Shown piece after piece: positions 8,636-17,683 of a stretch of DNA of 32,000 bases. The notes under the pieces were generated by a model. That model was not told where the DNA came from and ran no database searches. It saw nothing but the letters and a program-made list of their open reading frames with translations. Every line of letters starts with the position of its first letter. Within the stretch, counting starts at the first letter, position 1. Origin of the DNA: Psychrobacter sp. HD31. GTDB lineage: Bacteria; Pseudomonadota; Gammaproteobacteria; Pseudomonadales; Moraxellaceae. The position numbers were made by a program, and so were the translations under genes. The DNA lies in the NCBI RefSeq assembly GCF_051097895.1, contig NZ_CP142525.1, positions 780,001 to 812,000 of the forward strand, given 5' to 3'.

Positions 8636-10909
8636 CTAATCTTCTTGTTTTTTGTTTTGTTGAATGCCTGGTTTTTGCACTTTAGCAGCAATTTGTTGAG
8701 TAGCTTGATTTGCTAAGCTATTTTGCTTCTCTCTTGCCTTTTGATTTGCCAGCTCATTTTCTCTTAATTTTTTCAACACTTGATCTTTTGGTCCATCCAT
8801 AATAATACTTTGATTATCCATAATAATTAAGCGGTCAACCAATGCCAATAAGGCCGTTTTATGTGTTGATACAATCAGTGTTTGCCCACGCTGTAGCTCT
8901 TGTCGTAAAACTTGCAAACATCTTTGTTCTTGTCGGTTATCCATAGAAGCTGTCGGCTCATCAAGCAATAAGACCGATGGTTTAGTAAGCAATAAACGAG
9001 TAAATGCTACCAACTGCTTTTGCCCGCCAGACAGTCCTTTACCACCCTCACTAATTGGCAAATCAAGCCCACTTGAATGGTTGGAGACTAAACTAATTAA
9101 GCCCGAGCGAACCAATGCATTATGAATCACATCGTCAGTGGGAGCGGCCATTCCAATCAATAAATTTTCTCGCAGAGTACCTTGAAACAGTCGATGATCT
9201 TGTTGTAAGTAGCCCATTTTATCATTCAAGGTTTCTCTGCTAATTTGTTGGATATCCAACCCATCTAACAAAACCCGACCTTCAGTCGATGCATACAAAC
9301 CAGAGAGCACCTTAAGTAAGGTTGATTTACCAGAACCAATTGGCCCTAAAATTGCCACCTTTTCTCCTGGTTTGATAACAAGCTTTGGTATAGAAACCGC
9401 TGGGCGATCATTACCTAAATAGTTAAATACCAAATTATCAACGACAAACTGACCTTTAATATGCGATGGTGTTAAGGGGAATTGTACACCATGATTGTCT
9501 TGCTCTAATTCAAATAGCCTATCAATCATACTCTTTGAAGACTTAGCATGAGATGATTGTACTAACAGCCCTGGTAGACTCATCACGGGTGCTAAAATTC
9601 TACCGCCTAGAATAGAACAAGCAATCATACCACCCATTGTCATGCCACCAGACATAACTACAAAAGAACCAACAATCACAATACCAACATAACTAATTTG
9701 CTGAAGCATTTGCGAAAAATAACTCAAGTAGTCATTTGCATGTTTCATTTTTAAATCGTTAGTAATGGTAATATTCATCACATCTAACCAGCGTTTTAAA
9801 AACTTCCAGCTACCACCACCTGATTTAATTGTTTCTACACCCTCTACCGCTTCAACTAGAATACCTGTTTTTCGGTAAGAAGCTTCTGTACCTTCTGCAG
9901 CAATAACATCAATCTTTTTACGTGCAAATAACCCCATTGAAATTGCAATAACCGCTGCAATAACTGGCACGATAGCAACTAAAGGAGAACCAATCATCGC
10001 AATCAAAATAACAAAAATAATGCTCATGGGTATATCAACCAAGGCAAACATTGTACTTGCCGTAAAAAAGCTTCGTACCTGCTCATATCCTCGCAATTGT
10101 GCCGCCATTGATCCAACTGAACCTGGCATTTGATCAATACGCACCTTTAATAAGCGCTGAAAAACTTCTCGAGATAATTTTTGGTCCAGCCCAACAACCA
10201 GTTTGTCCATAATTTTTGAACGAGAAAACTTCATGAAGGCTTCAAACAAGATAATTAAACCAACCCCTGATGCTAAAATAATCAGGGTTTGCTTAGCCCC
10301 CGTTGGAATAACGCGGTCATAAACCTGCATTGAAAATAAAGAAACCGCTAAAGCCAGCATATTAATTAAAAAAGAAGCTATAATCGCCTCAACGATAATA
10401 CTTTTATACCGAGATAAATCCGCTTTAATCAAGTCACCAAAGCTACCAATTGATTTGTCTACTTTTTCTTCTGACAAATTTAATCGAAGTACTTCAAGAA
10501 AGTTATTACCAGTTTGTGTGGTACTTTGCTTAGGTTGGCTAAAATTCCAGCTGCCGTTAGGTGTTTGTGTGTCTATAACCCCCCAACCCAAATCTGGATG
10601 TAAGGCTAATAACGGTAAAAAGGCAGCATCTGGTTGTTCTAAAAACTCAGGGGTCTTGCCAACATCAAGTCCATTTAATACCGCCATCACATCAGCAACT
10701 GTATCAAGTTCTGGATTACCTGATTGACTTTGTGTATACACCAAGTCTTTCATTCGAATATTATCGACAGGGAAACCCTGATGAACCAAAACCTGAGATA
10801 ACGCAAAACTCAAGTTGTCAAAAGCACTGGTTTCGTTTTCTTGACTATCTATATTTATAATGTCAGACCCAGTTTGTTCAGTTTTTTTAACTTGATATGG
10901 TGAATTCAT
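8636..10909 (-). CDS. type I secretion ABC exporter (permease/ATPase) with cysteine-less C39-like N-terminal domain
   Basis: 757 aa. An N-terminal domain of ~165 aa contains no Cys. A six-helix TMD follows. The NBD has Walker A GPIGSGKST, signature LSGGQKQ and Walker B LLLDEPTASMD. There is a ~50-aa K/Q-rich C-terminal tail. Confidence 0.88.
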   Translation of the reverse strand: MNSPYQVKKTEQTGSDIINIDSQENETSAFDNLSFALSQVLVHQGFPVDNIRMKDLVYTQSQSGNPELDTVADVMAVLNGLDVGKTPEFLEQPDAAFLPLLALHPDLGWGVIDTQTPNGSWNFSQPKQSTTQTGNNFLEVLRLNLSEEKVDKSIGSFGDLIKADLSRYKSIIVEAIIASFLINMLALAVSLFSMQVYDRVIPTGAKQTLIILASGVGLIILFEAFMKFSRSKIMDKLVVGLDQKLSREVFQRLLKVRIDQMPGSVGSMAAQLRGYEQVRSFFTASTMFALVDIPMSIIFVILIAMIGSPLVAIVPVIAAVIAISMGLFARKKIDVIAAEGTEASYRKTGILVEAVEGVETIKSGGGSWKFLKRWLDVMNITITNDLKMKHANDYLSYFSQMLQQISYVGIVIVGSFVVMSGGMTMGGMIACSILGGRILAPVMSLPGLLVQSSHAKSSKSMIDRLFELEQDNHGVQFPLTPSHIKGQFVVDNLVFNYLGNDRPAVSIPKLVIKPGEKVAILGPIGSGKSTLLKVLSGLYASTEGRVLLDGLDIQQISRETLNDKMGYLQQDHRLFQGTLRENLLIGMAAPTDDVIHNALVRSGLISLVSNHSSGLDLPISEGGKGLSGGQKQLVAFTRLLLTKPSVLLLDEPTASMDNRQEQRCLQVLRQELQRGQTLIVSTHKTALLALVDRLIIMDNQSIIMDGPKDQVLKKLRENELANQKAREKQNSLANQATQQIAAKVQKPGIQQNKKQED

Positions 10910-10984
10910 AATCTTCTTAATATACTAAATCGTTTAAAAATGTTCGGCTAGAAAAAACTAAGCTTAAATAGAATGCCTTGTTGG

Positions 10985-12982
10985 CTAGAAATGAAATCTT
11001 CTACCCTTAGGTTTAGGCACAGTTTCTTTTTCTTGCGCTGCAACTGCGCTTTTATCTGTGCCAGCAATATCGATATTATCCTCATCAACCAGCACATCGT
11101 TTAGTTCTGGGTCAAATGGCATTATGCCAATGCCATCACTATTAGAAGCATTATTAGTATTTTGAGGATGAACTGGTGATAGGGTATCGTCAATACTGCT
11201 AGCCTTGTCATTTACATCTTCATCGAGCACTGAACTAAACTCTGTATTATCAGAGTTATTATTTGGTAACTGTAAATTTTGATCCTGCTCAGCTTCTTTA
11301 GGGTTACTGCTTTGTTCCCTTATCTCAACTATCTCAACTTGTTTCACTGGCTCAAAAGGTGATTCTGTATCAGTTGGCGTCACTACCTCGATAGTTTGCT
11401 TTTTAATACCCTCATCTTCAGTAGCTACTGACGCTTGTGTGTCTACTACGTCATTAATTGGTGAGCTGCTTGCGTCAATACTATCATCTACAACAAGCGC
11501 TGTTTCTAAAATTTCTTTTGTGGCAGATTCTTCCATAACAGTTGCCACTCTATCTGTAGCTAGTGGTGTTTGTTTTGGCTCATTTTCAGCACTTATGTTC
11601 TGAGAAAAACTTGAAAAAATTTCACCGACTTCATTAACTGGACTAAATCTTTCTGTTGGCATGCGATTTTGATAAAACTGTTGCCATGGCATTAAACCAA
11701 AATCAACCTGCAATTTATGATAGGCACCTAACATTTCTGTGCGTGCTTTAACTAACTCAACTTTATATCCACCAAGTTCACGAATCGCATTTAAAACATC
11801 CAACCAAGACTTTCTTCCTGCTGTAAACTGACGTCGATAAGAATCAACAACTATCTGGGCGCCTGCAATTGCGGCTATTAATGATCGCTCTTGATCTACA
11901 GTACTTGCAAATTGTTGATATTGAGTTTGAATACCTTCTATAACAGTACGTCTTGATGCCTCTTGTGATTGTATCAAGCTGTTAACACGAGACTCTGAAG
12001 CGCGCGCAAGTGCAAAATTTGAAAAACCTGCCCCTGGATTGTAAGCCAAACCAACGCTAAACTTGTTATCATCTGTACCATCTTTATGGTAATAAGAGTA
12101 ATCATATTTTGCATAAATATCAGGATAGACAGTTGCTTTTTTTGATTTAACTTCTTCTTTTGCTGATTCAACTTCATAACCGGCTTTAACAACAGATGGG
12201 TTATAAAAACTGATATCACTAAATGCTAAATTCTCAAAATTTGCCGCTTCTTGTTTTGCTTGTTTAACCATATTACCAAGCAAATTTGTATCTATTGAAC
12301 TATGTTGAGTAACTTTTTGCCCAATCATTTGTTGTATTCTTGCAGCAGCAATACGTTGTTGCTCACTCGCGCCTTGCAAATTATTTTGTTCTTGCAAAAT
12401 ACGGTTATTAATTAAGTCAAGCTCAATACGTGCAGAAACCCCCTGTTTTACACGGCGTTTCATCATTGCTTCAAATTCATCTAGCTGATTTAAATTATTT
12501 TGATAAACACCTTGCATACCAACAGCGGTGATATAGCTTTGCCATGCTTCAATGGTGTTTTTTGCAACTGTATTTTGTTGCTCATATATCTTTTCTATAG
12601 CGGCTTTATCATCAAATATGGCTTGGTTAACTGTTGCGGTTAATTCCCCACCCGTCCATAAAGGCTGCTGTATCGAGGCATTGGTAACAAATTGATCAGA
12701 ACTATTATCATAGTTAGAAGAAACACTAGGAATTGGCAATAAATTAAGCTTGGCAGCATTAACCCCTTCAACTGTGGCATTTCTATCGGCTTTTGCTGCA
12801 TTAACAAGTGGGTGTGTTTTAATTGCTTGTAAAACCAAAGCATTAATCTGAACATCACTCACTTCAGCATGCAAAATTGTCGAGCTAAAAAAGCTCAACG
12901 CAACACCAAAAGCTAATGTCGAAAAACCAATTTTTTTTGTGTATTTTTTAGTGTCTTGTTTCTTTAACATAAGAATCAACAT
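10985..12982 (-). CDS. TolC-family outer membrane channel with ~220-aa acidic C-terminal extension
   Basis: 665 aa with a signal peptide (KKIGFSTLAFGVALSFFSSTILHA/EV). Residues ~45-445 show the duplicated TolC-like helical/beta pattern (NLLPIPSVSSNY, QQPLWTGGE, VYPDIYAKYDYSY, SWLDVLNA). Residues ~446-665 are D/E/S/T/N-rich low complexity ending RRFHF. Confidence 0.8.
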   Translation of the reverse strand: MLILMLKKQDTKKYTKKIGFSTLAFGVALSFFSSTILHAEVSDVQINALVLQAIKTHPLVNAAKADRNATVEGVNAAKLNLLPIPSVSSNYDNSSDQFVTNASIQQPLWTGGELTATVNQAIFDDKAAIEKIYEQQNTVAKNTIEAWQSYITAVGMQGVYQNNLNQLDEFEAMMKRRVKQGVSARIELDLINNRILQEQNNLQGASEQQRIAAARIQQMIGQKVTQHSSIDTNLLGNMVKQAKQEAANFENLAFSDISFYNPSVVKAGYEVESAKEEVKSKKATVYPDIYAKYDYSYYHKDGTDDNKFSVGLAYNPGAGFSNFALARASESRVNSLIQSQEASRRTVIEGIQTQYQQFASTVDQERSLIAAIAGAQIVVDSYRRQFTAGRKSWLDVLNAIRELGGYKVELVKARTEMLGAYHKLQVDFGLMPWQQFYQNRMPTERFSPVNEVGEIFSSFSQNISAENEPKQTPLATDRVATVMEESATKEILETALVVDDSIDASSSPINDVVDTQASVATEDEGIKKQTIEVVTPTDTESPFEPVKQVEIVEIREQSSNPKEAEQDQNLQLPNNNSDNTEFSSVLDEDVNDKASSIDDTLSPVHPQNTNNASNSDGIGIMPFDPELNDVLVDEDNIDIAGTDKSAVAAQEKETVPKPKGRRFHF

Positions 12983-13106
12983 TCTATATTTTAATTGTAT
13001 TGTTTATAACCAGTTATGTGGCTAACTATCACTTGGGCTATGGCATAAACTCTATAACTGAGATTAACCACCTCGGATTAAAAACTCACAGTCTTAACCA
13101 AGTTTT

Positions 13107-13135
13107 ATTATATTTAAGCGTAAGCAGTGTAACAA
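13107..13135 (-). promoter_or_regulatory. candidate sigma70 promoter of the TolC-ABC-MFP operon
   Basis: The minus strand reads TTGTTA (13130-13135), a 17-nt spacer, then a perfect TATAAT (13107-13112). It lies about 120 nt upstream of the TolC-like ATG. Confidence 0.45.
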
Positions 13136-13193
13136 ATTATTGATATAAAATCATATTTTTAACAACAGCTATACACAAATATAACGAACTGAT

Positions 13194-13625
13194 TTAAATG
13201 CTTTCAGCCAACCTCTGTGCAAGCTCAGCCAGTTTTCCATGATCTGCCTGCTGATTTAAGGTTGCATGTTCTCGCAAGGTATGAATACTCGTTGGAATTA
13301 AATGTACATGATAATGAAAGACGGTCTGCCCTGCTTGCTCACTGTTTAGTTGCATCTGCACAATACCATCACGCTCAAACACTTTACGCTGAGCCCCCAT
13401 AATTTTTTGGGCTGTTTCAAAAATGGCTTTTAAATAGTCTGCAGGCATATCACTTAGCTCCACAGCCTCACATTTTGGTATCACCAACACATGCCCCTCT
13501 GCCATAGGCATAATGTCCATAAAAGCGAGTGTTTTATCATCTTCATAAACGGTATGATTCGGGATTTCACCTTTAATAATTTTGGCAAAAATATTATTAG
13601 CATCATAATTTAGTGGTTTGTTCAT
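13194..13625 (-). CDS. HIT-family nucleotide hydrolase/transferase (HinT-like)
   Basis: 143 aa. Histidine triad FHYHVHLIP, plus N-terminal IFAKIIKGEIP and HVLVIPK motifs. Confidence 0.9.
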   Translation of the reverse strand: MNKPLNYDANNIFAKIIKGEIPNHTVYEDDKTLAFMDIMPMAEGHVLVIPKCEAVELSDMPADYLKAIFETAQKIMGAQRKVFERDGIVQMQLNSEQAGQTVFHYHVHLIPTSIHTLREHATLNQQADHGKLAELAQRLAESI

Positions 13626-13763
13626 TTTTTATTCCTTTTTAACGAGTTTATAACCAACCTATATTCAATACAAAGTTTAGCAGAGATTTGCGCTATTGTT
13701 CATGATATAGTGTACGTATTTTTACAATATATCAATTTTTTATCACAAATTTTTTAATTCAAC

Positions 13764-14591
13764 ATGAGCCATTTTTATAACAATACACACCAACCAATAA
13801 AAGATTTGGATGATAATAACCAAAACCACCCTAGCAAATTTAAATATACAATGCGTGATACACCACAACAAAATGTTAATCAAGCAGAAACGCTGGCAAT
13901 TAACGAAAAAACAGACCTTATCTCAAAAAGTCCATTTTTAACTTCGTTTAATAAAGAGTTAACCCAAGATGTGACTGAATTGGCAGAATTAATTACAGAC
14001 GCATCTCAACCCTGGCAACTACATAATTGTAAAATGATTTCAAAACGTTGTGATAAAAATGACAAATTGCCTTTTCTATACCACTACGACCAATTGCCCG
14101 ACTTTTTAAAGCAAAGTCATCCTTTAAAAGGTAACTTATTAGCAAATTTCAATACCAAAATGACGGCGACTGAAGCTTGCGAAATGTTAGGGATAAATAC
14201 AGACAGCATCGCCACGCCCTGGTTTATTAAAGTAAAAGGTTCTCTCGTTATCTTCCATGAGCCAATGCAATTGGCGATTCGACTACACTGGAGCAATACT
14301 AACAAACAATTTGAGAGTGTTTATTGTAAAGAAGAAGACCAAGCGCTTATCAACGCCATGGCGCACTGGCAATTTGTTGGCAGAATAGACACCTTATACA
14401 AAAAAGAAAAACAACGCCTTACTGTATATGATGAACATGCCCAAAATATCGAAGATGCTCGATACATCATCCCTCAATCACAAGGTTATGAGCTTATGCC
14501 AACAAACTTTTCATTAGTTTTAATAAACAGCTTGCAAGAAAACATGAATCAACTTGCTTGGTTAAATACAGTGATTCAGCAAAAAATATAG
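13764..14591 (+). CDS. hypothetical protein, no recognisable family
   Basis: An 828-nt ORF in AT-rich DNA, which is unlikely to stay open by chance. No clear Shine-Dalgarno at any candidate start. I saw no signal peptide, TM segment or known motif. Confidence 0.5.
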   Translation: MSHFYNNTHQPIKDLDDNNQNHPSKFKYTMRDTPQQNVNQAETLAINEKTDLISKSPFLTSFNKELTQDVTELAELITDASQPWQLHNCKMISKRCDKNDKLPFLYHYDQLPDFLKQSHPLKGNLLANFNTKMTATEACEMLGINTDSIATPWFIKVKGSLVIFHEPMQLAIRLHWSNTNKQFESVYCKEEDQALINAMAHWQFVGRIDTLYKKEKQRLTVYDEHAQNIEDARYIIPQSQGYELMPTNFSLVLINSLQENMNQLAWLNTVIQQKI

Positions 14592-14615
14592 CGCTTAACT
14601 TTTCTGCTAAATAGT

Positions 14616-15539
14616 TTACGCAAGAATCTGCCCTCGCACCCAAATATTCAATATATCTTTATCCATTTCTTTGTGCCAATACAAATGCAATGCCAAGTCA
14701 GCAATATCTATCGGGACATTACATTCTATTAAATTATCCGTATGCAAACTTTTTGCCAGCAGTTTAGGTAAAGTCAGCATATAAGGCGTACTCATTTGCT
14801 GTAGTAATCTTACCGCACTGTTATAATGTTGACAACGTACCGCAATTTGTCGGTGGTAGCCAAGCTGTGCCAAACGAATATCTTCAACAGACTTACCTGT
14901 CGGACGAGACGATACAACAATATGTTGTGCATTTAAATAAGTATCCATACTGATGCTACTGATGTTGTTGTCGCTTATTTGTTTTTCACTTATCTCATTT
15001 TCTTGATAATTTGCATTACTTAACACCACAAACTCATCGCTCAATAGCGGTTTTTGATAGAGGCTATCTGGTGTAGAGCGAGTCACATCTATTGCAACAT
15101 CAACAAGCCCCAAGCGTAATTGCTTGTTCATTTTTTCACGTTCTAGTCGTACGCTGTTTAAGCGGATATGAGGTGCATGACTGGCGAATTTTTGCAACAG
15201 TAATGGCAATAACACCAGCTCAATCTCATCATTCATGGCAATGGTAATTTGCTTGGTTTGGGCAATTAAGGTATCAATAGTGCTTTGCTCAGTCGCCATG
15301 GTTAAGCTATTAACCGCCTGCTTGACTTGAGGATATAAACGTCGTGCAAAAGCGGTTGCCACCAATTTGCGCCCTTCTTTGATAAATAAATCATCATCAA
15401 AGTGTTGTCGTAATCGCCCTAATGCATGGCTCACCGCCGATTGGCTGATATGCAGGCGTTCTGAAGCAATGACAAGCGTGTCACTCTCATAGACTTGCAC
15501 AAATACACGATAAAGATTTAAGTCCATTTTTATACTCAT
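14616..15539 (-). CDS. LysR-family transcriptional regulator
   Basis: N-terminal wHTH MDLNLYRVFVQVYESDTLVIASERLHISQSAVSHALGRLRQHF, followed by a ~200-aa substrate-binding domain. The start may be the ATG at 15539 (ATGA overlap with the upstream ORF) or the internal ATG at 15527. Confidence 0.9.
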   Translation of the reverse strand: MSIKMDLNLYRVFVQVYESDTLVIASERLHISQSAVSHALGRLRQHFDDDLFIKEGRKLVATAFARRLYPQVKQAVNSLTMATEQSTIDTLIAQTKQITIAMNDEIELVLLPLLLQKFASHAPHIRLNSVRLEREKMNKQLRLGLVDVAIDVTRSTPDSLYQKPLLSDEFVVLSNANYQENEISEKQISDNNISSISMDTYLNAQHIVVSSRPTGKSVEDIRLAQLGYHRQIAVRCQHYNSAVRLLQQMSTPYMLTLPKLLAKSLHTDNLIECNVPIDIADLALHLYWHKEMDKDILNIWVRGQILA

Positions 15540-15883
15540 GTGTTTAGTAAGTTTTTATGTATTTCTAGTGCCTGTTGCCAAGATAATGTTACGTTTGTGC
15601 TAAACGCTGGTGACCTATTGCCCTTAAATTGTTCTAGGTTAAGTCCTGTTTGCATAATGTTTTTACCATTTTCTACTTTAATTACTTGTTTAATAGAATG
15701 AATGGTAAAGCGTATGGGCGCTTCTTCTGATGCCAATACACCCCCATCTAAACGCTGCCAGCCATGGTCATCAAAACGTTGTCCTATTACAAAATTTGGA
15801 AAGGGTGTGTCTGAAATAAAAACACAGATTGGGGCATGTTCACCAGAGATGTCACAAACAAAAAGTTGATATTCAGTTTTCAT
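15536..15883 (-). CDS. hypothetical 115-aa protein, translationally coupled to the LysR gene
   Basis: AAGGA SD 6 nt upstream of the ATG. Its stop TGA overlaps the LysR ATG (ATGA at 15539-15536). No recognisable family. Confidence 0.6.
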   Translation of the reverse strand: MKTEYQLFVCDISGEHAPICVFISDTPFPNFVIGQRFDDHGWQRLDGGVLASEEAPIRFTIHSIKQVIKVENGKNIMQTGLNLEQFKGNRSPAFSTNVTLSWQQALEIHKNLLNT

Positions 15884-15923
15884 GTTATTTCCTTTGTAAG
15901 TTTGGTCACTGTATTAATAGATG

Positions 15924-15952
15924 ATTATAGTAATGGTGGATTATTAATGAAT
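15924..15952 (-). promoter_or_regulatory. candidate promoter of the small-ORF/LysR operon
   Basis: Perfect TATAAT on the minus strand (15924-15929), about 40 nt upstream of the ATG at 15883. The -35 is poor (ATTCAT) and overlaps the palindrome. Confidence 0.35.
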
Positions 15953-15971
15953 ATTATTCATGTATTATAAT
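15943..15971 (+). promoter_or_regulatory. candidate promoter of the acyl-CoA dehydrogenase gene
   Basis: Perfect TATAAT on the plus strand (15966-15971). The -35 is weak (TTAATG/ATTAAT), and the palindrome occupies the spacer/-35 region. Confidence 0.3.
15947..15961. promoter_or_regulatory. perfect 7-1-7 palindrome ATGAATA-T-TATTCAT (fits T-N11-A), candidate LysR-type operator
   Basis: Read directly from the sequence. It lies in the 193-bp divergent region between the small-ORF/LysR operon and the acyl-CoA dehydrogenase gene, between the two candidate -10 boxes. Confidence 0.5.
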
Positions 15972-16076
15972 GCAAATAAATCACTTTATTCATCTAATAT
16001 TGTATTTTATTATCAAGTCATTCGTTTTTATCAACACAACTTCAAGCAACAAAGAGCAAAAGGACAACAAAACAAA

Positions 16077-17330
16077 ATGTCACAACCTCTACTTAACCTC
16101 TCAGAACGTGGTCAAGATTTTTACAAACGTACCAAAGCCTTTATTGAAAATGAAATTGAACCTATTGAAGCCGAACTTTGGCACGAAACCCATCAACTAA
16201 ACCCAGATGGTGATTGGACAACATGGCAGTGGTCACCAAAACTTGAAGCACTTAAAGCCAAGGCAAAAGCGCAAGGCTTATGGAACATGTTCTTGCCAGA
16301 TGACAAGCTGGGTGCAGGGCTGTCGGTGACTGACTACGCCCCCATTGCCGAGCTAACAGGCAGAAGCCTGATTGCACCGCATGTATTTAACTGCAACGCG
16401 CCAGACAGTGGCAACATGGAATTATTATGGCGATACGGCACACAAGCACAACAAGACCAATGGCTTACGCCTCTACTGGCAGGCGAAACTCGTTCTGTGT
16501 TCTGCATGACTGAACCGGCAGTTGCTTCCAGTGACGCCACCAATATGCAAGCGACCGCCATCGTGGAAGGCGATGAAATCTTACTTAATGGTCGCAAATG
16601 GTGGTCATCGGGTTTAGGCGACCCTGCGGTTAATTTGCTAATTTTTATGGCTCACACCCCAGATGACAGCAAAGACCGTCACCATCAGCACTCTATGGTG
16701 CTTGTACCAGCCAATGCAGAAGGCGTAAAAATAGAACGCATGCTCAAAGTATTTGGTGATTATGACGCACCACATGGGCATGGTGAAGTCAGCTTTAATA
16801 ATGTTCGTGTACCGCTCGCCAACTTTATTGGTGGTGCAGGTATGGGCTTTGAGATTGCTCAAGGTCGCTTAGGACCAGGTCGAATTCACCATTGTATGCG
16901 TTGTATCGGTGCTGCAGAAAAATCACTTGAACTTGCCATCCACCGTGGCATGAACCGAACTGCTTTTGGTGGCAAACCGCTGGTTCAACTGGGCGGTAAT
17001 ATGGAACGCATTGCCGATGCACGAGTAAAAATTGACCAAGCACGACTGCTTACTTTACATGCAGCACAAAAAATGGATGAACTGGGCACCAAAGCTGCTT
17101 TAACTGAAATCTCTGCCATTAAAGTAGTTGCCCCAACCGTCCTGCAAGAGGTGGTGGACTTCTCTATTCAAATCCACGGTGGCATGGGCGTTTGCCAAGA
17201 CACGCCACTGCCTATGTTCTTTGCACAGGCTCGAAGCCTACGCCTTGCCGATGGACCCGATGAGGTGCATAAAACACAGCTGGCTAAACTGGAATTAAAA
17301 AAACTCGGATATGGACGTAAACGCAAATAA
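16077..17330 (+). CDS. acyl-CoA dehydrogenase, FadE2 / ACAD10-11 C-terminal-domain type
   Basis: 417 aa counted from ATG 16077; the 39 codons upstream in the track ORF are AT-rich promoter DNA. Motifs CMTEPAVASSDATN, GRLGPGRIHHCMRCIGAAE and LADGPDEVH are ones I associate with the FadE2/ACAD10/ACAD11 clade. Confidence 0.85.
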   Translation: MSQPLLNLSERGQDFYKRTKAFIENEIEPIEAELWHETHQLNPDGDWTTWQWSPKLEALKAKAKAQGLWNMFLPDDKLGAGLSVTDYAPIAELTGRSLIAPHVFNCNAPDSGNMELLWRYGTQAQQDQWLTPLLAGETRSVFCMTEPAVASSDATNMQATAIVEGDEILLNGRKWWSSGLGDPAVNLLIFMAHTPDDSKDRHHQHSMVLVPANAEGVKIERMLKVFGDYDAPHGHGEVSFNNVRVPLANFIGGAGMGFEIAQGRLGPGRIHHCMRCIGAAEKSLELAIHRGMNRTAFGGKPLVQLGGNMERIADARVKIDQARLLTLHAAQKMDELGTKAALTEISAIKVVAPTVLQEVVDFSIQIHGGMGVCQDTPLPMFFAQARSLRLADGPDEVHKTQLAKLELKKLGYGRKRK

Positions 17331-17395
17331 ATGACCCTAGTGGCTATATCAACAAAAGCAACAGACGATAGTAATAAGCAGTCGTCTTACTTATC

Positions 17396-17431
17396 AAAAC
17401 CGTTTCTTTAATAATATAGAGAAACGGTTTT
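17396..17431. terminator. strong hairpin terminator after the acyl-CoA dehydrogenase gene
   Basis: AAAACCGTTTCT (17396-17407) pairs with AGAAACGGTTTT (17420-17431). The stem can extend to about 14 bp around an AT-rich 8-nt loop. An A tract lies 5' and a T tract 3'. Smaller 6-bp hairpins flank it at 17363-17387 and 17441-17456. Confidence 0.7.
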
Positions 17432-17683
17432 GGTGGTTAACTCGTTTACTAACGAGCAAAAGCTCATAAACCACAAATAATGACCATAAAACGATAGAGA
17501 AAAGACACAAATGAATCGTGATTAAAGCGGAAACCTGCTTTACGCTACTATTTTACAATGGCTATTTTTTAAGGATGTTTTGCAGTTATAGTTATGGTAT
17601 TTTAAAGATTCGCTCATACACAAATATTTTAAAAAAAATTGAGAAGTAAACTCGCCTCATAAACGAATAAATAAAGCGATTTT

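Noticed and set aside
8636-10909. ABC exporter as a C39-peptidase bacteriocin/double-glycine peptide transporter.
   Set aside because: The N-terminal ~165 residues contain no cysteine, so a catalytic C39 site is impossible. I also found no small GG-leader peptide ORFs nearby.
13764-14591. The 275-aa orphan protein as the cargo of the neighbouring type I secretion system.
   Set aside because: It has no GGxGxD nonapeptide repeats and no glycine-rich or acidic C-terminal region. It is on the opposite strand, separated from the operon by the HIT gene.
15960-16076. 39-codon N-terminal extension of the acyl-CoA dehydrogenase ORF (track start 15960).
   Set aside because: The extension is AT-rich and Y/N/F-rich, and it overlaps the palindrome and the candidate -10 box. 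The homologous ACAD sequence begins at MSQPLLNL (16077).
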